From a virus: 10,522 nt of DNA. A program made the position numbers and the translations under genes. The notes under the pieces were generated by a model that had not been told where the DNA came from, searched no databases, and worked only from the letters and a program-made list of their open reading frames with translations. Shown piece after piece: positions 6,053 through 10,522 of the stretch. How positions within the stretch are numbered: position 1 is the stretch's first letter; each line of letters opens with the position of its first letter. The DNA lies in UHGV virus genome UHGV-1718161; one strand, 5' to 3'.

Positions 6053-6461
6053 ATAACTAGGTCCACCTCGCCTGATGTGGCTAAAAGCAGGCACATAACA
6101 GCTAAGTATTTTCAACCAGAGAGAATCCTTAGCGTTGTGGTGAATGCGGCTCAGCGCACGCGGGTTAAGGTTGAGGCTGACAGTCGACCTTCTGTGGATA
6201 CCCACCCGCCTGGTGTGCAACCTTCGCCAGGCACCGGGAGGCACCCGGCACCACAACTTTATGCTGTGTGTAGTCCTGGCGGTATCAGCTTGTACCCTTG
6301 CTTCCGGCTGGTACCGTCCTTTTTACAAAACAGAGAAGAGTATCACCGGACGACGGGCTCATAACCCAATCCATCCGGGCGGCTGCCACCGCAGGTGTTC
6401 TTCTCTGTTTTGTGGAGAAACCAACCGACCTTGCAGGGTCGATATGATGGGGAGCAGCAAA

Positions 6462-6824
6462 ATGGCTAGCGAACGCAGTACTGATGTGCAGGCATTTATC
6501 GGGGAGCTGGACGGCGGCGTATTTGAAACCAAAATCGGCGCAGTTCTCAGTGAAGTCGCTTCCGGTGTGATGAACACGAAAACCAAAGGTAAGGTCTCGC
6601 TCAACCTGGAAATCGAACCGTTTGATGAGAACCGTGTAAAAATCAAACACAAACTCTCATATGTTCGCCCGACTAACCGCGGGAAAATTTCCGAAGAAGA
6701 CACCACCGAAACGCCGATGTATGTCAATCGCGGTGGTCGCCTGACTATTCTGCAGGAAGACCAGGGACAATTACTGACTCTTGCCGGTGAACCTGACGGA
6801 AAACTCCGCGCAGCAGGTCGTTAA
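6462..6824 (+). CDS. yfdP: hypothetical early-left accessory protein, YfdP-like (120 aa)
   Basis: The ORF-track frame is open from 6144, but the N-terminal 100 aa are R/C/W/P-rich junk typical of GC-rich non-coding DNA. ATG 6462 is preceded by GGAGC. Length and position match the first gene of the yfdP-Q-R-S-T block of E. coli K-12 CPS-53 (recalled from memory). Confidence 0.6.
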   Translation: MASERSTDVQAFIGELDGGVFETKIGAVLSEVASGVMNTKTKGKVSLNLEIEPFDENRVKIKHKLSYVRPTNRGKISEEDTTETPMYVNRGGRLTILQEDQGQLLTLAGEPDGKLRAAGR

Positions 6825-6889
6825 TATCGTTTTTAATAAACTGATTATTTATCTCATCACTGAATATCTTTATATAGTGAGGACTTATT

Positions 6890-7714
6890 ATGTCTCAGAA
6901 CTTAGACGCAACCGCAATTAATCAAATCCATGCCCTTATTTCTGCTCAGGGTGTTAATGAAATTATCAGTAAGATTGGTGCCGATGCTGTGGCATTGCCT
7001 GAGAATTTCCGCATTCATGATCTGGAAAAATTTAATTTAAATCGCTTCCGTTTCCGTGGTGCGCTTTCCACTGCCAGCATCGATGACTTTACCCGTTATT
7101 CTAAAGATCTTGCAGATGAAGGCACCCGCTGCTTTATCGATGCTGATAATATGCGAGCCGTCAGTGTGCTTAACCTGGGTACTATTGATGAACCAGGTCA
7201 CGCAGATAACACCGCCACTCTCAAACTGAAAAAGACAGCACCGTTCTCTGCCCTGTTGTCTGTTAACGGCGAGCGTAACTCCCAGAAGTCACTGGCAGAA
7301 TGGATTGAAGACTGGGCCGACTACCTTGTGGGCTTTGATGCTAATGGTGACGCCATTCAGGCAACAAAAGCGGCTGCGGCGGTCCGTAAAATCACGATTG
7401 AAGCAAACCAGACCGCTGATTTTGAAGACAATGACTTCAGCGGCAAACGCTCTCTGATGGAGTCTGTCGAAGCGAAAACCAAAGACATTATGCCAGTAGC
7501 ATTTGAGTTTAAATGCGTTCCGTTTGAAGGCCTGAAAGAACGTCCGTTTAAATTACGCCTCAGCATTATCACTGGTGATCGCCCTGTACTGGTTCTGCGC
7601 ATTATTCAGCTGGAAGCAGTGCAGGAAGAAATGGCTAACGAATTTCGTGATCTGCTTGTTGAAAAATTCAAAGACAGCAAAGTAGAAACCTTTATTGGTA
7701 CTTTCACCGCCTGA
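6890..7714 (+). CDS. yfdQ: YfdQ-family phage protein (274 aa), function unknown
   Basis: Clean ORF with GAGGA 6 nt before ATG 6890, followed by a hairpin terminator. Length, sequence impression and gene order match YfdQ of K-12 CPS-53 (recalled). Confidence 0.75.
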   Translation: MSQNLDATAINQIHALISAQGVNEIISKIGADAVALPENFRIHDLEKFNLNRFRFRGALSTASIDDFTRYSKDLADEGTRCFIDADNMRAVSVLNLGTIDEPGHADNTATLKLKKTAPFSALLSVNGERNSQKSLAEWIEDWADYLVGFDANGDAIQATKAAAAVRKITIEANQTADFEDNDFSGKRSLMESVEAKTKDIMPVAFEFKCVPFEGLKERPFKLRLSIITGDRPVLVLRIIQLEAVQEEMANEFRDLLVEKFKDSKVETFIGTFTA

Positions 7715-7726
7715 TTTCATTACTGC

Positions 7727-7748
7727 AAATGCCCCTGCGGGGGCATTT
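7727..7748 (+). terminator. stem-loop / weak intrinsic terminator after the yfdQ-like gene
   Basis: AAATGCCCC-tgcg-GGGGCATTT, a perfect 9-bp stem at 7727-7748; the downstream T-tract is short. Confidence 0.4.
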
Positions 7749-7841
7749 ATGGAAACGTAATTAACTCAATAATCGCCTGATGGCGAGGGTTTTCTTTAAC
7801 CAAAATTCAGCGCGGTGCAGCGCATATACGTGGAGAACAAA

Positions 7842-8378
7842 ATGTCATTTATTAAAACTTTTTCCGGGAAGCATTTTTATTATGACAGGATAAATAAAGA
7901 CGACATCGATATTAACGATATCGCGGTTTCCCTTTCAAATATCTGTCGCTTTGCCGGTCATCTTTCGCACTTCTACAGCGTCGCCCAACATGCGGTTCTT
8001 TGCAGCCAGCTGGTGCCGCAGGAATTTGCTTTTGAAGCGTTAATGCATGATGCAACAGAAGCGTATTGCCAGGACATTCCCGCACCACTGAAACGCCTTC
8101 TTCCTGACTATAAACAAATGGAAGAAAAAATAGACGCCGTAATCCGTGAGAAATACGGGTTACCCCCAGTTATGAGTACGCCCGTGAAATATGCCGATCT
8201 CATCATGCTGGCAACCGAACGCCGCGATCTCGGGCTTGATGATGGCTCTTTCTGGCCTGTACTGGAAGGTATCCCGGCAACAGAGATGTTCAACGTGATT
8301 CCACTGGCACCGGGCCATGCCTACGGGATGTTTATGGAACGCTTTAACGAGTTATCGGAGTTACGCAAATGCGCATGA
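7842..8378 (+). CDS. yfdR: HD-domain phosphohydrolase, YfdR-like (178 aa)
   Basis: ORF track starts at GTG 7815, but ATG 7842 has GGAGAA 5 nt upstream and gives 178 aa. HD motif in ...EALMHDATEAY..., upstream His residues in AGHLSHFYSVAQH. Matches my recollection of YfdR. Confidence 0.8.
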   Translation: MSFIKTFSGKHFYYDRINKDDIDINDIAVSLSNICRFAGHLSHFYSVAQHAVLCSQLVPQEFAFEALMHDATEAYCQDIPAPLKRLLPDYKQMEEKIDAVIREKYGLPPVMSTPVKYADLIMLATERRDLGLDDGSFWPVLEGIPATEMFNVIPLAPGHAYGMFMERFNELSELRKCA

Positions 8379-8731
8379 ATGTTTTCGAAATGGAAGGGTT
8401 TCTTCGTGGGAGATGTGTACCGCGAGATCTGAAAGTAAATGAAACAGATGCTGAATACCTGGTGCGTAAATTCGATGCGCTTGAAGCTAAATGTGCAGCA
8501 CAGGAAAACAAAGTAATACCAGTGTCAACTGAACTGCCACCAGCAAATGAAAGTGTTTTGTTATTCGATGCTAACGGAGAAGGCTGGCTAATTGGCTGGC
8601 GTTCTCTCTGGTACACCTGGGGACAAAAAGAAACCGGAGAATGGCAGTGGACATTTCAGGTCGGGGACCTTGAAAACGTCAATATCACTCACTGGGCAGT
8701 AATGCCAAAAGCACCGGAGGCTGGAGCATAA
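8369..8731 (+). CDS. yfdS: DUF551-type prophage protein, YfdS-like (120 aa)
   Basis: ATG 8369 with GGAG 8 nt upstream, overlapping the end of the HD-protein gene. W-rich C-terminal half (GWLIGWRSLWYTWGQKETGEWQW) typical of DUF551 proteins. Length matches YfdS. Confidence 0.7.
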   Translation: MRMNVFEMEGFLRGRCVPRDLKVNETDAEYLVRKFDALEAKCAAQENKVIPVSTELPPANESVLLFDANGEGWLIGWRSLWYTWGQKETGEWQWTFQVGDLENVNITHWAVMPKAPEAGA

Positions 8732-9036
8732 TGACCACTTTTACCGACAAAGAACTGATTAAAGAAATTAAAGAGCGTATCAGCAGCCTTGACGTGCGAG
8801 ACGATATTGAGCGCTGTGCTTATGAAATCGCACTCCTATCTCTGGAAGTAGAACCAGATGAACGCGAAGCTTATGAATTATTCATGGAAAAGCGTTTCGG
8901 TGACTTAGTAGATCGTCGGAGAGCAAAAAACGGCGATAACGAATACATGGCATGGGATATGACTCTCGGTTGGATCGTCTGGCAGCAACGAGCTGGTATC
9001 CATTTTTCAACAATGTCACAGCAAGAGGTGAAATAA
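8731..9036 (+). CDS. yfdT: hypothetical prophage protein, YfdT-like (101 aa)
   Basis: ATG 8731 overlaps the upstream stop (TAATG), with GGAG upstream. Acidic small protein; length and position match YfdT. Confidence 0.65.
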   Translation: MTTFTDKELIKEIKERISSLDVRDDIERCAYEIALLSLEVEPDEREAYELFMEKRFGDLVDRRRAKNGDNEYMAWDMTLGWIVWQQRAGIHFSTMSQQEVK

Positions 9037-9386
9037 TGGAGCCATACAGCCTCACACTCGATGAGGCCTGTCATTTTCTCAAGATATCCAGACCGACTGC
9101 CATTAACTGGATACGCACAGGGCGTCTTCAGGCAACACGCAAAGATCCCACTAAGAATAAATCTCCTTACCTCACAACACGACAAGCCTGCATTGCGGCT
9201 CTTCAGTCTCCGCTGCATACTGTCCAGGTGAGCGCGGGTGATGGCATAACAGAGGAAAGAAAATGTCACTCTTCCGCAGAGGTGAAATATGGTACGCCAG
9301 TTTCACATTGCCGAACGGTAAAAGATTTAAACAGTCTCTTGGAACAAAGGACAAAAGGCAGGCGACAGAACTCCATGACAAGCTAA
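9036..9386 (+). CDS. xis: excisionase (P22 Xis-like, 116 aa)
   Basis: ATG 9036 overlaps the upstream stop (TAATG), with GAGGTG upstream. The ORF-track frame extends upstream to 8952 but coupling favours 9036. Lies immediately upstream of int and overlaps it (9263-9386). Sequence ([38 protein letters not shown]...) matches my memory of P22 Xis. Confidence 0.75.
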   Translation: MEPYSLTLDEACHFLKISRPTAINWIRTGRLQATRKDPTKNKSPYLTTRQACIAALQSPLHTVQVSAGDGITEERKCHSSAEVKYGTPVSHCRTVKDLNSLLEQRTKGRRQNSMTS

Positions 9387-10426
9387 AGGCTGAAGCATGG
9401 CGGGTCAGCAAACTTGGTGAAATACCTGATATAACGTTCGAGGAAGCGTGTATCAGGTGGCTTGAAGAGAAAGCACATAAAAAATCACTGGACGATGACA
9501 AAAGCCGGATCGGATTCTGGCTTCAACATTTCGCAGGAATGCAACTAAGAGACATTACTGAATCAAAAATTTATTCAGCAATGCAGAAAATGACGAACCG
9601 GCGTCATGAGGAAAACTGGAAACTCAGGACAGAAGCATGCAGAAAAAAAGGGAAACCTGTTCCAGAATACACGCCAAAACCAGCGTCCGTTGCAACGAAG
9701 GCTACGCATCTTTCATTTATAAAAGCCCTACTAAGAGCCGCAGAGCGTGAATGGAAAATGCTGGATAAGGCACCAATTATTAAAGTGCCTCAACCAAAGA
9801 ATAAACGGATCCGCTGGCTGGAGCCCCATGAAGCACAAAGGCTGATTGATGAATGTCCGGAGCCATTAAAGTCTGTTGTTGAATTTGCACTGGCAACAGG
9901 CTTAAGACGCTCGAACATCATCAACCTTGAATGGCAACAAATAGACATGCAGCGCCGGGTGGCATGGATAAACCCGGAAGAGAGTAAATCAAACCGCGCA
10001 ATTGGCGTTGCGCTGAATGATACTGCATGTCGCGTTTTGAAAAAACAAATCGGGAATCATCACCGTTGGGTATTTGTGTACAAGGAAAGCTGTACCAAAC
10101 CAGACGGAACGAAAGCGCCAACAGTAAGGAAGATGCGGTATGACGCAAACACAGCCTGGAAAGCGGCGCTGAGACGGGCTGGTATTGATGATTTCAGATT
10201 TCACGACTTGAGACACACCTGGGCAAGTTGGCTGGTTCAAGCCGGAGTCCCGTTGTCAGTGTTACAGGAAATGGGAGGCTGGGAGTCTATCGAAATGGTT
10301 CGTCGATATGCTCACCTTGCACCTAATCACCTTACCGAACACGCACGGCAAATAGACTCGATCCTGAACCCATCGGTCCCAAATTCGTCCCAGTCAAAAA
10401 ATAAGGAAGGTACTAATGATGTGTAA
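9263..10426 (+). CDS. int: tyrosine-family site-specific integrase (P22 Int-like, 387 aa)
   Basis: GAGGAA RBS before ATG 9263. Catalytic signature: R in ATGLRRSN, H-x-x-R in [11 protein letters not shown], Tyr in VRRYAHL. Near-identical to my memory of P22 integrase, which uses thrW. Ends 14 bp before the tRNA 3' end. Confidence 0.95.
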   Translation: MSLFRRGEIWYASFTLPNGKRFKQSLGTKDKRQATELHDKLKAEAWRVSKLGEIPDITFEEACIRWLEEKAHKKSLDDDKSRIGFWLQHFAGMQLRDITESKIYSAMQKMTNRRHEENWKLRTEACRKKGKPVPEYTPKPASVATKATHLSFIKALLRAAEREWKMLDKAPIIKVPQPKNKRIRWLEPHEAQRLIDECPEPLKSVVEFALATGLRRSNIINLEWQQIDMQRRVAWINPEESKSNRAIGVALNDTACRVLKKQIGNHHRWVFVYKESCTKPDGTKAPTVRKMRYDANTAWKAALRRAGIDDFRFHDLRHTWASWLVQAGVPLSVLQEMGGWESIEMVRRYAHLAPNHLTEHARQIDSILNPSVPNSSQSKNKEGTNDV

Positions 10427-10440
10427 CTTATTGATTTAAA

Positions 10441-10516
10441 TGGTGCCGATAATAGGAGTCGAACCTACGACCTTCGCATTACGAATGCGCTGCTCTACCA
10501 ACTGAGCTATATCGGC
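10441..10516 (-). tRNA. thrW: tRNA-Thr (anticodon CGU), thrW-type; prophage attachment site at its 3' end
   Basis: Reverse complement reads GCCGATATAGCTCAGTTGGTAGAGCAGCGCATTCGTAATGCGAAGGTCGTAGGTTCGACTCCTATTATCGGCACCA. Acceptor stem GCCGATA/TATCGGC, anticodon loop TTCGTAA (CGT), T-loop TTCGACT, encoded CCA. Confidence 0.9.
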
Positions 10517-10522
10517 CCTGAA

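Larger units (their letters stand above)
1..10440. mobile_element. P22-like lambdoid prophage, int-proximal arm (nin/replication/immunity/early-left/xis-int), bounded by att at the tRNA-Thr 3' end; the other end is outside the window
   Basis: Gene content and order (rusA-like, O-like with iterons, CII-like, cro, cI, accessory island, yfd-like block, xis, int), int abutting the tRNA, and mosaic AT-rich and GC-rich segments. Confidence 0.85.

Noticed and set aside
5570-6056. Plus-strand ORFs 5570..5869 and 5862..6056, considered as possible N-like antiterminator genes after the boxA motif
   Set aside because: They translate to F/K/Y/I-rich low-complexity peptides without an arginine-rich motif and are antisense to a protein with clear coiled-coil and CxxC-CxxC features; the minus strand is far more protein-like.
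6002-6461. ORFs 6077..6364 (+), 6002..6256 (-), and the 6144 N-terminal extension of the yfdP-like gene
   Set aside because: Pro/Arg/Cys/Trp-rich translations typical of GC-rich non-coding DNA; no RBS. The region is better explained as structured RNA or regulatory DNA. ATG 6462 with GGAGC upstream gives the expected 120-aa protein.
6061-6461. Retron msr/msd hypothesis for the GC-rich structured region with flanking inverted repeats
   Set aside because: No reverse-transcriptase ORF follows, and the inverted repeats enclose only about 60 nt, too short for msr-msd.
6285-10240. Minus-strand ORFs overlapping the plus-strand yfd-like block, xis and int (6285..6650, 6359..6727, 7357..7602, 8108..8293, 8344..8616, 8871..9269, 9172..9501, 9921..10148, 9989..10240)
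   Set aside because: All are antisense to well-supported plus-strand genes with RBSs and coupling; compositions look non-protein-like.
1-10522. CRISPR arrays, rRNA genes, IS elements or transposase genes
   Set aside because: No spacer-repeat periodicity, no rRNA-like sequence, and no transposase-like ORF or terminal inverted repeats were seen.

Overview
This window is one arm of a lambdoid (P22-like) prophage integrated at the 3' end of a tRNA-Thr(CGU) gene (thrW-type), read in reverse-lambda orientation. All calls rest on reading the ORF translations and the DNA by eye; nothing was searched or computed. Minus strand, from the immunity region leftwards: cro-like, CII-like, a hypothetical, an O-like replication initiator with in-gene iterons, a small regulator, a LexA-DBD-only protein, and the start of a RusA-like resolvase running off the window. 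Plus strand: cI-like repressor (HTH plus S24 peptidase), then an AT-rich accessory island carrying a 358-aa ParA/MinD-like ATPase in the slot lambda uses for rexAB, then a convergent minus-strand 173-aa coiled-coil/zinc-ribbon gene, a roughly 400-bp GC-rich structured non-coding stretch, a yfdP/Q/R/S/T-like block, xis, int and the tRNA. The best candidate for an undescribed system is the cI-proximal island (ParA-like ATPase, possibly with the zinc-ribbon protein), which I propose is a lysogen-expressed exclusion or defence module. No N-like antiterminator ORF is visible, although an rrn-type boxA motif and tandem GC hairpins are. No CRISPR array, rRNA or IS element was seen.
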